DNA from: Octopus sinensis
Lineage: Eukaryota
Assembly: GCF_006345805.1 (NCBI RefSeq)
Contig: NC_043006.1
Coordinates: 5,704,001-5,768,000 of the forward strand
Direction: 5' to 3'
Length of the DNA stretch: 64,000 bases
Positions 1 through 13,105 of the stretch are shown here, in pieces (the stretch's first letter is position 1; each line of letters starts with the position of its first letter). The notes below the pieces were generated by a model. That model saw nothing but the letters and a program-made list of their open reading frames with translations, made no database searches and was not told the origin of the DNA. The position numbers were made by a program, and so were the translations under genes.

Positions 1-87
1 TAAGTGAATGTTACAAAGATGAAGATGGACACACTGTTTATGATTATGGAGTTTATATGTGTGTGTGTGCAAGCGCACACACACAAT

Positions 88-415
88 CATCATCATCATC
101 GTTTAACGTCCGCTTTCCATGCTATCATGGGTTGGACGATTTGACTGTGGGCTGGCAAACCAGATGGCTGCACCAGGCTCCAGTCTTGATCTGGCAGAGT
201 TTCTACAGCTGGATGCCCTTCCTAATGCCAACCACTCCGAGAGTGCAGAGGGTGCTTTTACGTGCCACCAGCATGAGGGCCAGTTTGGTGGTACTGGCAA
301 CGGCCACGCCCAAATGGTGCTTTTTATGTGCCACCTGCACAGGAGCCAGTCCAGCGGCACTGGTGACGACCTTGCTCGAATGTTTCACATGCCATCAGCA
401 CAAGTGCTAGTAAGG
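88..415 (-). mobile_element. (ATG)n-tailed RTE-3'-end element (family 1)
   Basis: (CAT)n-GTTTAACGTCCGCTTTCCATGC...GGATGCCCTTCCTAA, then repeat units of about 60 bp. Confidence 0.85.
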
Positions 416-1139
416 CAAGTCATTAACTTCCAAATCACTTGGCTTCAAGTCCAGTCCTGTCACATGGCATCTTGTATGAATATGTTCTACTACAGCTCTG
501 GAATGACCAAAGCCTTGTTAGTGGATTTGATGGACAAAATCTGAAAGAACTCTGACAAATATGTATATATGAGTGTCTGTGCATGCATGCTTTTGCTTCC
601 TTGTCTTGATATGAAGCAACAGTCGTAAACGAGTGTCACCATCATACAAGCAGTATCCTTTGTTCCCAGTCTTTCATGAAACCATTTCCAGCCATGGGGA
701 AATATTACCTTATTTGATGACAGGAAAGACATCCGGCCACAGACAATTTTCCTAAAAGAATGCCATCTGATTCAAGTACATGTGTTTATACACAAACGCA
801 TGCACACACACATTCCTATATGTGTATCTATGCTGCTCAGGTACATATTAATGCAGCTGTACTATTTAGGAAGGAGAAAACACAGGTAAAAAGATTTGTT
901 GCTCCTGATAAAAAAAATGTTGGTTATGATTAAAACTGGTAGATACTCTAACAATTGCTACCTTCACTATCACAACCAGTGTACTACAACCTGGTCCTGT
1001 GTCTCTGGGTTGTATCAATTGACCCTTCCACTCTGGCCTTGGTTGCATGCCCAATGACCACTACATACAATTTCACTTAGTTAGTTCCTCTACGATATCT
1101 CTTCTCCTGGGTGACCAGAGACATCTATTAATATAATTT

Positions 1140-1452
1140 ATTTATTTATTTATGCACCCTTTTCAAGCCTAGCCAGGCTCATGGGCTCGGTTTCCCAGTT
1201 TCTGTGGCGTATGTGCTCCCTCCAGCTGAACGGGACGCTAGTCCATCACAGCATTACTCAAGAAACAGGAAGAAAGAGTGAGAGAAAGTTGGGGTGAAAG
1301 AGTACAACAGCTCCCCCCCCCTCCCGCCGGAGCCTCGTGGAGCTTTTTAGGTGTTTTTGCTCAATAAACACACACAACGCCCGGTCTGGGAATCGAAACC
1401 ACAATCCTCCAACTGCAAGTCTGCTGTCCTGACCACTGGGCCATTGCGCTTC
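1140..1452 (-). mobile_element. tRNA-Arg-like-head SINE (family 4)
   Basis: Head GCGCAATGGCCCAGTGGT...GGTTTCGATTCCC; TSD TCTATTAATATAAT. Confidence 0.8.
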
Positions 1453-1934
1453 TCTATTAATATAATAGCTTATTTAGGTCATTACCTAGTCTGAAAGGAG
1501 ATGATGTAAGATATCTGTTGATGCTGGTGCATCTGGGTTTTAAAGGGTTGTTGTGCATCTATCCTATAAAAAAAAAATTCGGTTATGACACCTGGCATAT
1601 TTGTTCGTAATAGTACTTTTAGTGTTAGATGTTATTTGCACCCTAGTGACTTTAGTAAAGCATTTGAGTCACCAGGGTACCATGAATATAACATGAAGTA
1701 TTAGTTCCACCCATATCAAGAATACCCTGAGTAATGCAGCATCTTCCTTACTTACAACTAAAATCTTCTCAAACATTTCCAAGGCTGAGTCTCATAATCT
1801 CTACTAAACTCAGCTGGGACCCATACTGGAATATCATTCATATATTTGTGATGCTAGAAACTTTATAAAAAAAAATATTTCAGATCACATTCCACTATGT
1901 CATCTGAGCTTCAACCAAAAAAATTTCATCAATT

Positions 1935-2568
1935 GCTAGCCTCCCCTGGCACCTGTGCCGGTGGCATGTAAAAAGCACCCACTACACTCATGGAGTGGTT
2001 GGCGTTAGGAAGGGCATCCAGCTGTAGAAACACTGCCAAATCAGACTGGAGCCTGGTGCAGCCTCTTGGCTTCCCAGACTCCGGTCGAACCGTTCAACCC
2101 ATGCTAGCATGGAAAACAGACATTAAACGATAATGATGATGATGATTGTCAGTCTGGGAAAACCTGCAAGGGTTATTACCTTTGTCTCTCCGTGCTGTGG
2201 GCACGTAACAAACACCATCCGATCGTGGCCGTTCGCCAGCCTCATCTGGCACCTGTGTCGGTGGCACATAAAAACACCATCCGAGCGTGGCCGTCTGCCA
2301 GCCTCGTCTGGCACCTGTGTCAGTGGCACATAAAAAACACCATCCAAGCGTGGCCGTTTGCCAGCCTTGTCTGGCACCTGTGTCGGTGGCACATAAAATC
2401 ACCCACTACACTCTCGGAGTGGTTGGCATTAGGAAGGGCATCCAGCTGTAGAAACACTGCCAGATCTGACTGGCCTGGTGCAGCCTTCTGGCTCCCTAGA
2501 CCCCAGTTGAACCGTCCAACCCATGCTAGCATGGAAAGCGGACGCTAAATGATGATGATGATGATGAT
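1935..2568 (+). mobile_element. Two tandem family 1 copies
   Basis: (GAT)n tails at about 2130-2146 and 2549-2568. Confidence 0.85.
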
Positions 2569-4309
2569 TATCTGGTCATAATAATAATAATAATAATAAT
2601 TTCTAGCACAGGAATGAAAAAAACAGTTTTAAAAAATGAATATTGTTGATTAGATTGAGTATAGTTTTTTGAGTTGTACATATTTGATCAAACCCCAAAA
2701 GATGAAAGGCAGAAACAAATTTGGTGAGATTTGAAACCAGAAAGTATAGCAGTGTAGCTAAATATCAGCAAAGTAGTTTGTCTATCAAATTACTGAATAT
2801 GCTTCTTACCCCCACTTCAGCATCCTTAATAATGTATTTAAAAATGCCAGATCTGCTGTGTTCCAACGCCAGATGGAGACTTGTTTCTCGTAAGGTAGTC
2901 TATTTATGATAGCGATTAGTCCTGTTTCTAATAGGGTTGCTTCTGTTTATTTATGATAGCATAGTTGGTCTAGCAGACTTTTCTGTATTATGAAAATAAT
3001 ACTTCAAGTATGTTTTAAGTGTAAATAATAATATTAATTTCTTCATCTTAATTTGTGTATCTTTGAAAAAAAAAATTAAACAACCCACTCTTAAAATATG
3101 ATTAACTTACATCAGTTAATAAGATTATAATAAAAGTGTTTATTACATTAAGATTCTTTAGTTCTTGTTCAACATTGACAAAAAGATTTCTCTTAAGTTC
3201 AAGGATAGATTGAAACCTTTAAATAGTTCCTTACACCCACATAAGATTTATTTTGAGAGATAAGCTTGTATATTTTGTGCTGATAACCAAAATGGCTTGA
3301 AATATCAAGATAAACAAAGTAGATGAACTCAGTGGCTGTTAGTTGGCGCTGCCCCTTCTTTGTAATATTACTCTGACTACTATTACATAAACTGTTTTAT
3401 AAATCACCTGTCAGCTAAAGCAAGAAAAGGAAGTAGAAAGAAGTATTCTCTAAGATTCATTCTAAGATATTCCTCTCACTGTTGAATGCCTGACTATTTC
3501 TGTTGACCTGTTTCTTTTTCTCTTTTTTTTTTCTTTTTTTTTTTTACCTCCTCCTTCTTTGCATTTCTTAAAATGATATGAACCCTCTTCTACCTAAAAA
3601 TAAACGTAGAATGTCTTTGCCTGTTAAGGCATTATCTTCATAAATAGGAATAAATTTAGCAGCAGACTGAAACCTTTTCAGAATTTATAATAAAAAGATT
3701 AAATTATATAATTAAAAGAATAAATTATATAATTAAAAGAATGAGTTTTTAATGTTTTATTAATATAAGGATTTTAGTGAGGTGAGAGAGAGAGTACAAA
3801 CTTGTTAGTAATAGTCTATAACTTAAGAAATTTAGAGGTAATTAATATTGGGTAATTAAATGTAGTTTATTCTTTGTAAGTTAATAAACAGTAGTTTATA
3901 CCGTAGCAAGGCTCCTGCTGAGTTTTGAACCATTGCACTTCGGCTGTAGTCCTGAGCTGGAAGCCTATCTACCATACTACCATAAAAGGCAAGGCCAGTT
4001 ATTCATTTATTTTTACCATTCACTATTCTTGGGAGAGTGATGGATGTAGAATCCTCAGGCACCGCTTCCATAGAGTCATATGGGAAGAACAGTCATTAAA
4101 CTTTCCTGCTGGATTCCCAAGTGTGACCAACTGGAACTGTGAATATCATCCTGCTATTTCACTCATCTTCTGCCAGTTGGCAAAGTAAAGAAGAAAAAAA
4201 TGTTTTTGTCCGCCCCATAAAAGGCATTAATGCATATGTGAACATGGCTCAGAAAATCAGATCAACTGCTGGGTATTGAAATGAGTTGCGATCTTCCTAC
4301 CAAATAACC

Positions 4310-4870
4310 AGTCTGGAACCCCTATCTTGCCCAGGATATTAATCATCTGGAAGCTGTTCAGCAACGTGTAACCAAGAGAATACCCTCCATCAGGCATTTG
4401 CCATATTCTGAATGCCTTACTTGCCTGGGCATGGATACATTGAAACTCCGACGTCTGACAGCTGACTTGGAAGACACCCATAAAATTATTAACTATCTTA
4501 CAAACAATAACTCTGAGCACCTTTTCAAACTCCACCTGTCTAGCACCCGTGGACATGTTTACAAAGTCAGAAAACAGCACAGCTCCCATGACTTTCGGAA
4601 ACATTTTTTCACGCTGAGAGTTGCTGAAGCATGGAACAAACTACCGGCATCAGTTGTTAGTTGTCTGAGCACTGCATCCTTCAAAACTTCCATGCTTCCT
4701 GAGATTCGCCAATGCTACACCTGATTTTCTCCCCTCCATACACACGCAAGCATCTATCTGACTCATACACTGTTCACTTCCCAGACATTTGTACATTAAG
4801 GCACATGCTTTATATGCACTTTTGACAAGTTGTGGTGCACCTGAGCACTGTATACAATAATTTCATTATT
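4310..4870 (+). mobile_element. CR1-type LINE 3' fragment
   Basis: WNPYLAQDINHLEAVQ...LPYSE...FFTLRVAEAWNKLPASVV, then 3' UTR and ATT-rich tail. Confidence 0.88.
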
Positions 4871-5721
4871 ACTATTATAACCTAGTCAAAAATTCTAAAA
4901 TCTTCATTGGGTCTTATAAAAAGCAGGGATTTTAAACTCCCAGGCGTGACGACCTAAGATACTATTCAAAGCTATCAGTCAGCTAATGATATGGCATTCG
5001 CATTGTTTCTGTGTAATTAATTCTCAATAATTATGAATTGTATTTGTATTACCATTCAACATATGCTGTCAAAACTTGTACTTATTCCATTCAATAACTC
5101 TTGAATGCCGTTCTGTTAATTAATTTATTGTGTATATGTAAAGCTAAATGTTCCAGGTTAATAAAAATTGTATGAGAACTAATACCAATATTAGTGTGGC
5201 CATTATGAATGTAACACAACACTCAGCCTACCAAATGTTGTAATTCATTGATTACTATCTAAGAACTCTAATACCACACTAAAGTAGTTTATAATACTTT
5301 GAAGTTATTTGTAATAGTTAACAGTTTATAGGTAATTAATAGCAATTTATAGTTAATGATAATTAATTGTAAATAGTTTATAGATAATTAAAATTTCATT
5401 TTTCTTTGCTAATATTTACTATATGATCTGTGTACTTTATCTAGAGTTAGTCACATTTTAAAACTGTTTTGTTATTCTCAGTTATTAGGATTGATTTATT
5501 CAATAGGATTGTTATTCTTTTTGCATAAAGAGCCTTGTTACAAATGCATTATTGTTGTTTTCCCCTCTAGACAATATTATTGGGGTCAAGTGGTTATTGT
5601 TATAATACTTGATTCACACTGAAGCACCAAAGCAAAATAGGCATTTTACTTAAGTACATTGATGCTTCAGAGGTCAAATGACACTGTCATCAACATTACC
5701 TTTTTAATAAATGCATATATA

Positions 5722-5976
5722 TCATCATCATCATCATCATTTAGCGTCCGCTTTCCATGCTAGCATGGGTTGGACGGTTCAACTGGGGTCTGGGAAGCCG
5801 GAAGGCGGCTGCACCAGGCCCAGTCTAATCTGGCAGTGTTTCTATGGCTGGATGCCCTTCCTAACGCCAACCACTCCGTGAGTGTAGTGGGTGCTTTTTA
5901 CGTACCACCCACACAGGTGCCAGACGGAGCTGGCAAACGGCCACGGACGGATGGTGCTTTTTACGTGCCACCGGCA
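5722..5976 (-). mobile_element. Family 1 copy
   Basis: Same conserved block and tail. Confidence 0.85.
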
Positions 5977-5994
5977 ATATGTGTGTGTGTGTGT

Positions 5995-6304
5995 GGAGGT
6001 GCAATGGCCCAGTGGTTAGGGCAGTGGACTCGCAGTTGTAGGATCACAGTTTCGATTGTCAGATTGGGTGTTGTGAGTGTTTATTGAGCAAAAACACCTA
6101 AAAGCTCCACGAGGCTCTGGCAGCAGGGTGGTGGCGATCCCTGCTGTACTCTTTCACCACAAATTTCTCTCACTCTTTCTTCTGTTGGCCTGCTTGCTTA
6201 GCCAGCGGGGTGGCATCATTTGAAGGCTAAAAAACAATTTGCTTCGCATTGTGACCAGCAATGTGTAGCAAAATCTGATAACCTGGTCGGTCACGGTGAT
6301 CACA

Positions 6305-6309
<5 letters not shown>
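5995..6309 (+). mobile_element. Family 4 SINE
   Basis: GGAGGTGCAATGGCCCAGTGGTTAGGGCAG head; CACGGTGAT-type tail. Confidence 0.82.
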
Positions 6310-6338
<29 letters not shown>

Positions 6339-6404
6339 GGTCCCGGGTTGATTCGGGGTTAACCACAGTAAATAAGGTACTCAATACATAGTAGAGTAAA
6401 ATTA

Positions 6405-6524
6405 ATTTATTATATAGAAGGAGCTTCTACAGGACTAGAACTGTTTCATTCAAGAGAAATCTTCCTGAAGATTTCTCTTGAATGAAACAGTTCTAGTCCT
6501 GTAGAAGCTCCTTCTATATAATAA

Positions 6525-6526
<2 letters not shown>
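6405..6526. repeat. Perfect palindrome with 60-bp arms in a (TA)n context; CTGAAGA...GAAAC starts at the axis
   Basis: Arms 6405-6464 and 6467-6526 with a 2-nt spacer. Confidence 0.9.
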
Positions 6527-6558
<32 letters not shown>

Positions 6559-7659
6559 GCACAATCATACCTCACCCTATATCATTAATTGGTTGTAGAG
6601 GACATGACTTAAGTTGAAATGACCATTATTTGAATGTATATACATGTAATAATTAAAACCCAGGCTAGCCTAGGTTGTTTTTATGTTAACCTACAAATTC
6701 GATAAATTGTGAGGCAAGCCTAGGCTGTTTTTATGTTAGAAAGAAATAAATTCAAATACTGTCCGGTTGCCAACCTGATGGCTGACACAAGTGTCACTTG
6801 TTGAGGCTTGTGTAGGAGGAGGAGTTACACACTAGATGTCGATGGTTGGGGATCATCAGCTGACTCCTATTGTGATGGTGTAGATCATTGTGCAAATTTG
6901 TCTAAAGTTTCTTGAATTGCCTTCTCCTCTTCAAGGATTAGGTAATAAGATACAATAGTATTTTGACAACCCACCGGTATTTTTACAAATCGTTGTGCAT
7001 TGGGATCCATTTCCTCAAAGCAAGACATTTATTTAAATGAGAAAAAGCCTCTTGCATTTTCTTTGTAAAACAATGAAGTTCAAGATCAATGATGCATACT
7101 GTATTCTAACATTAATTTTAAAGAGTTTCGTTTGTTGACATATATATGGGGTGTAGGTAAGTTCTAACATTAGGAACAAGGACATAAAGAAAAGGCAGTG
7201 TGACACATACCAGTCAACTTTTAACTCCTTGATTATACATTTTATAAAAAGTGCCAAGTTTGAAAAATGTACTCAGTGGGAACGGTCACTCCCCCTTGCT
7301 CTCCTATTTGTTATGCCACTGATATGTGTGTGTGTGTGTTTGAGAGCATAAAGGGAAGAAACAGTAGAGAATACATGAATGCATACACAGCTACTGGAAT
7401 TGTTGAGTATATAAACGGATTAGATGTTTCTTTCTCTTGGATTGGTCAAACTGATGTAGACACCTCTGATGGGAACCTAATAAGGTTCAGAAATTGATTA
7501 AGGCTGGTCATTAGTTTTTTCAATTTACGGCAAAATTGCTAAATTAACCTTGTTCATATACCTACTACATAGGTTACATATATTGTATCATGGCTTGATA
7601 CTGTGTGGACTAAAATCTCTATTGACAAGCCCCTGATATTAAATAAGATGTTAAACACT

Positions 7660-8416
7660 CATCATCATCATCATTTAGCGTCCGTTTTCCATGCTAGCAT
7701 GGGTTGGACAGTTTAACTGGGGTCTGTGAAGCCAGAAGGCTTCATCAGGCCCGGTCAGATTTGGCAGTGTTTCTATGGCTGGATGCCCTTCCTAACGCCA
7801 ACCACTCCGCGAGTGTAGTGGGTGTTTTTTACGTGCCACCTGCACAGGTGCCAGACAGAGCTGGCACAATGGCCACGAACGGATGGTGCTTTTTTACGTG
7901 TCACCGGCACGGGGCTAGCCCAGGTATGCAAATTAGTTGCCCCAGTTTTCCCAAGTTATTGGACTTGTTGAGTATATAAATAGATTGACTGCCTGTTTCT
8001 CTTCATCATCATCGTCATCATCATTTAGCATCCGCTTTCCATGCTAGCATGGGTTGGACGGTTTGACTGAGGACTGGCAAACCAGATGGCTGCACCAGGC
8101 TCCAATCTTGATCTGGCAGAGTTTCTACAGCTGGATGTCCTTCCTAACGCCAACCACTCCGAGAGTGTAGTGGATGCTCTTACGTGCCACCGGCACGGGG
8201 GCCAGTCAAGCAGTACTGGCAATGACCTCACTCGAATCTTTTACAGATGCCACTGGCACAGGTGCCAGTAAGGTGATGCTGGTAACGATCCCACTCGAAT
8301 GGTGCCTCCTACATGCCACTGGCATGGAACCCAGTTAGCCGCTCTGGCAACGATCATGCTCGGATGGTGCTCTTAGCACCCTACTAGCACGGGGCACAAG
8401 TGCCAGTAAGGCACTT
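7660..8416 (-). mobile_element. Two family 1 copies (7660-7920 and 8004-8416)
   Basis: Same conserved block; different unit arrays. Confidence 0.85.
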
Positions 8417-9014
8417 GGATTGGTTAAATTCATGAGAGCCCAATATGGTTTGAAAGTCAATTTAGGCTGTTCATCACATTTCAATCTCTAGAGAAATAGC
8501 TAAATTTGCCCTGCTAATGAATCTACTATACAGGTTACATGTCGTTTTCAATAGTTAATTAACAAAAAGTCATAAAATGGCTCAAGGGCCAAGATCTCCA
8601 TGCATGGCACTTACTATTAATTAGTCCTTACATCACTTTTATAATAAGCACACATGTACATTCTTTTGTCAGTTTTAGTTATTTGATTGCAGCTATGTTG
8701 AGGCACCATTTCAAGTGTTTTAATCAATCATTTCAATCCCAGAACAGTTTTCTGATACTTTATTGATTTAAATCTTGAACCACTAAGTCACAGGACATTA
8801 AAAGGCACAGTATAAACACTGATCATAATCAATGTGATCATGGAAACGGACACATAGGTGTATGTGGTTGAGTATTGTACTACCAAATACATCCACAGAT
8901 TTTAGCCAATGCTGTATATATAGGAAGATATAAATGTCTTGTCTTTCTTCATGAACAGAAAAGAGAGATCAGTTAAACCGGTATCAAACCTGTTTTACGA
9001 TTTTTTTCAGTAAA

Positions 9015-9173
9015 GGCGTAGGAGTGGCTGTGTGGTAGGTAGCTTGCCTACGAACCACATGGTTCTGGGTTCAGTTCCACTGTGTGGCACCTTAGGCAAG
9101 TGTCTTCTACTATAGCCTCGGGCCGACCAAAGCCTTGTGAGTGGATTTGGTAGACAGAAACTGAAAGAAGCCC

Positions 9174-9240
<67 letters not shown>

Positions 9241-9468
9241 GTATATATGTATGTGTGTGTATATGTTTGTGTGTCTGTGTTTGTGCCCCCAACATCACTT
9301 GACAACTGATGCTGGTGCGTTTACGTCCCCGTAACTTAGAGGTTCAGCAAAAGAGACCAATAGAATAAGTACTAGGCTTACAAAGAATAAGTCCTGGGGT
9401 CAATTTGCTCGACTAAAGGTGGTGCTCCAGCATGGCAACAGTAAAATGACTGAGACAAGTAAAAGAGC
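9015..9468 (+). mobile_element. tRNA-head SINE with CORE-like block and internal TA/TG microsatellite (family 2)
   Basis: A/B-box-like GTGGCTGTGTGGT and GGTTCAGTTCC; GTGGCACCTTAGGCAAGTG block; AGTAAAAG tail. Confidence 0.85.
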
Positions 9469-9808
9469 AACCTTCATTGGGGTTTAGATATATCGGATCG
9501 ACTGACCTGCATATACAATGCAATCTTGGTAGATAATGACTGTGTATTGTTTTGTTGTTTCAATGAAATATTTTACTATAGACTAATTATATATAATTAG
9601 TCCAATGCATGCTATTGCACAGGATGGACATTAAAAGATAATGATTTGTGAAATGCAGTGCGTATTAATTAGTTTTACATCCTTTTAGTATGAGAGAAAA
9701 TATATCATAGCACTTCTAAAACAAATATTAACATTTTTTTGTTTAATAGTAATTTTTAATATTTATCCAGGTATATATATATATCTTTCTTTTCTTTTTG
9801 TTTTTCAG

Positions 9809-9974
9809 GGTCAAAGACATCTTAATTAAATCTAATTGCATTCTTGAAGCCTTTGGCAATGCCAAAACGAATCGTAACGATAATTCTAGTCGGTTTGGAA
9901 AATATATGGACATAAATTTTAACTTCAAAGGAGACCCTATCGGAGGCCATATTCAGAACTACCTGTTGGAGAAG
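9809..9974 (+). CDS. MYO1D: Class I myosin (MYO1D-like) exon, first seen in window; motor domain switch I
   Basis: tttcag|G...GAAG|gtaaaa; (R)[55 protein letters not shown]; contains the myosin motifs LEAFGNAKT and NDNSSRFGK. Confidence 0.97.
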
Positions 9975-10619
9975 GTAAAACTGAATTTACTTTGTTACCA
10001 GTATGAACAGAATTACCATTAAAATATTTATTCGACATTCCACTGTCTTCATCACGTTGTGCTTTGCATGATTATTCTAAACTATGGAACCGATTGTTCT
10101 CAGGCTTGGTTTTATTATTACTTTCTATGATTGCTGAACATAGCTTTGTATTGTCAGAACCTTCCTGAACTGGTTCCACATTTATATTTGGTGATGATTT
10201 TAGTGGTATTATCTATAATATAGCACTATCACAATAAATATACTAATTTCAGAAAACTACTTCTAAGCCTTTTGTTAACTTTCAGATTTTTCTCATTGAG
10301 TTAAGTGTCATCAGATGAGAGAATGATTTTAGATAATGAGTGTAGTTCACTGATTCTGTGACAAAATTCTTTAATAATTAATTGAGGTTTTCAGAAGTGC
10401 ATGGAACAGCTGCTGCATAACTCTGATTTAAGTAACTATACAAAATCTCTCTCTCTCTCTCACATTCAAGAATATTCATCAGTCATTTATTCAAATAAGT
10501 AATTAATTTACCAATTGAGTAAATAGATACAAGATCTGGCAAGGGGACTTGAGAGCTTTTAAATGAATACAATGTTGGCAAATATAGAATATTAGAACCA
10601 TTATTGTTTAAATATGCAG

Positions 10620-11390
10620 AACAATGCGTGTGATTTAAAAACATAAGTAACACTTCATTTAATTTTGAAAACTTTTGACATTCAAGTGTTATCTATTGTT
10701 TTACGCCCATAAGGTCTAGCCTAGAAATTCTGTATGCATGTTGTGCCGAGGAGTAGCTTTCAGTTCATCTGGTGCATGTAGTTTATTAACAAGTATTTTC
10801 TCTTCGGAATAACATAAGGAATAATCACAAACCATAAGGTTGGGTGACCAAGCTGGCCGTGTCATTAAACAATACAGAACTACAGAACAACCTTGTGAAA
10901 TGACATCCATGAAAGGTCTTGCTTTAAATATACTTGGTCAATTTTATTGAAACCATAAATGCCTTGAATTAATGTTCCATGCTCAAATCTGGGAAATGGA
11001 ACCCCTAACAATCAGAATTCACTGTTATTGTATTTCCCTCTTCATAGAGACATAAGCAAATCACACCCAAATTTGTTATGCAGCATAACAGCATTACATA
11101 TTCAAAGTGAAGGAGGTACTCATGAAGTTATCATGGGTTGCTGTCCAACTGCCAATAAATGTTTAGTTTATTTACGCAGACAGATGGAAATGTGCTTCAT
11201 TGCTCCTAATGTATTCCTTGCAGAATCAAATCTTAAAAGGTTGACTATTTAAATCAAAGTGCAATGACCTTTGCACAGCATGATCTGAAAAACCTTGTAC
11301 AAGATCATGTTTTAATGCAGGACAACAAAGACTGCTCATTACATCCTCGATATTCTCATGTGTTTGAGCAATGTACACACCTCTTGGTAG
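10620..11390 (-). mobile_element. Decayed Tc1/mariner-superfamily transposase
   Basis: RPAWSPNLMVCDYSL...PDELK resembles the WPxxSPDLxxxDF motif. Confidence 0.55.
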
Positions 11391-11407
11391 AATATTTACC
11401 AATGTTT

Positions 11408-11830
11408 AAGGCAGCGAGCTGGCAAAAACGTTAGTACGCCGGGTGAAATGATCAGCGGTATTTTGTCTGCTGTTATGTTCTAAGTTCAAATTCTGCCGAG
11501 GTCGACTTTGCCTTTCATCCTTTCGGGGTCGACTAAATAAGTACCAGTTGAGCACTGGGGTTGATATAATCAACTTAAACCGTGTGTCTGTCCTTGTTTT
11601 TCCTCTCTGTGTTTAACCCCTTGTGGGCAAATAAAGAAATAGGTATTTCATCTACCGTTACGTTCTGAGTTTAAATTCCATCGAAGACAACTTTGCCTTT
11701 CATCCTTTCGGGGTTGATAAATAAGTACCAGTTACACACTGGGGTCGATATAATCGACTTAATCCCTTTGTTTTTCCTTGTTTGTCCCCTCTATGTTTAG
11801 CCCTTTGTGGGCAATAAGAAATACGAAATA
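11408..11830 (+). mobile_element. Nin/Deu-domain-like SINE (family 3), two body units, with TSD
   Basis: GCCTTTCATCCTTTCGGGGTCGA(C/T)TAAATAAGTACCAG-type block; TSD AGAATATTTACCAATGTT. Confidence 0.82.
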
Positions 11831-12483
11831 AGAATATTTACCAATGTTCTCTCTCTTGATTTGTCAGTTAAATTAACACTATTTAAAAAAATATCAGCTT
11901 TCTTTACCTGGGTCTGAATTTAGAATTGTTTGGCTTCAAAACAAATCCTGGTCACTGAACCTACTAAAAATAAAAGCTAAATTCTTAGATAAGGGAAAGA
12001 CACATTAAATAATATATTAGATATCCCTCTAATAAATGGGATGGTGATGACCAAATTGTCTTTAATAAAAGGTCTGCTTCCTGAGACTAAACAGCCACTG
12101 TCAATGGCTGACAATGTAAAAATAACATTAATTAATTATGAGGTATGCAGACATAGAGAATAATTAATGTAATTTATGCTTAATTACTACAAAGTATTTG
12201 AAACTTATTTAAATTGTATTGTGGTATTAAATTGATGTGTATTTATTTATTTATTGGACCCATTACAAACTATTCTCTGTGAGAAGATGAGAAACATAAT
12301 CTCAGATATAAACACTCTATGCAAATATATAAAAAAAAATATTATTGAATCTGCATTAACATAACTGAAACAACAAAAATTCAAATACTTCACTTGAAAA
12401 TGACCTAAATTAATAGCTTAGTCATTTGACAAACCTGTTAAAAAATTTGCATGTTTCAAAGAAAATTTGTAAAATATTATTAA

Positions 12484-12877
12484 CTAGCAGTATCGCCCGG
12501 CGTTGCTTGGGTTTGTTTCGACCCTTTAGAATTGGAATTTTTGAAAAGTAAAAATTTTGCATTACGTAGCTTGCTATTCTCTTTAAGTGAGCATTTTTCT
12601 GGTTGAAATACACCGAAAAATGGTGACTCAGCAGTCAAAAAATCGTGAAAAATAGGGATTTTCATAGGAAAAAAAGCACCTTTTTGATGTAAATAATTTT
12701 TGGTCTTAACATGGTCTGATTTGAATTTTTTTCTTCCTCGGAATGAAGAGCAAACCTTCTTCTATCATACACTCAATTTTGGTCAACTTGTACTGCAGGG
12801 TCTCGGAGTAGATAGTATTAGTTGGAGGCTACCAAACCTGCCATACACAGACAGCTTCAGCTTTATATAGAGAGAGA
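12484..12877 (-). mobile_element. Non-autonomous Helitron, subfamily A
   Basis: 5' TC; 3' hairpin CCC(A/G)AGCAACGCCGGG then CTAG; inserted between A and T; no TSD. Confidence 0.8.
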
Positions 12878-12913
12878 TTTGTATTATAGCATCCCTGGTA
12901 ATGAAAGAAGCCT

Positions 12914-12946
<33 letters not shown>

Positions 12947-13105
12947 CTATATATGCTTCTTTGTCTTGACCTCATATGACATTTGTAAATGAGTGTCACT
13001 GGCATACAAGCAATGTCATTCATCTGAAGTCTTCTATGAAAGCAAGACTCTTATTGAATTGAGATCTTTGCCTAATAAGGCAATTTTTAATTAATGCCCT
13101 ATGTA

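Noticed and set aside
57-544. Recurring ORFs such as FLQLDALPNANHSESVVGAF throughout the window
   Set aside because: These are translations of family 1 non-coding repeat sequence; frames vary between copies and overlap on both strands.
1-9808. Upstream myosin exon containing the GESGAGKT P-loop
   Set aside because: I could not find it by eye; it presumably lies upstream of the window.
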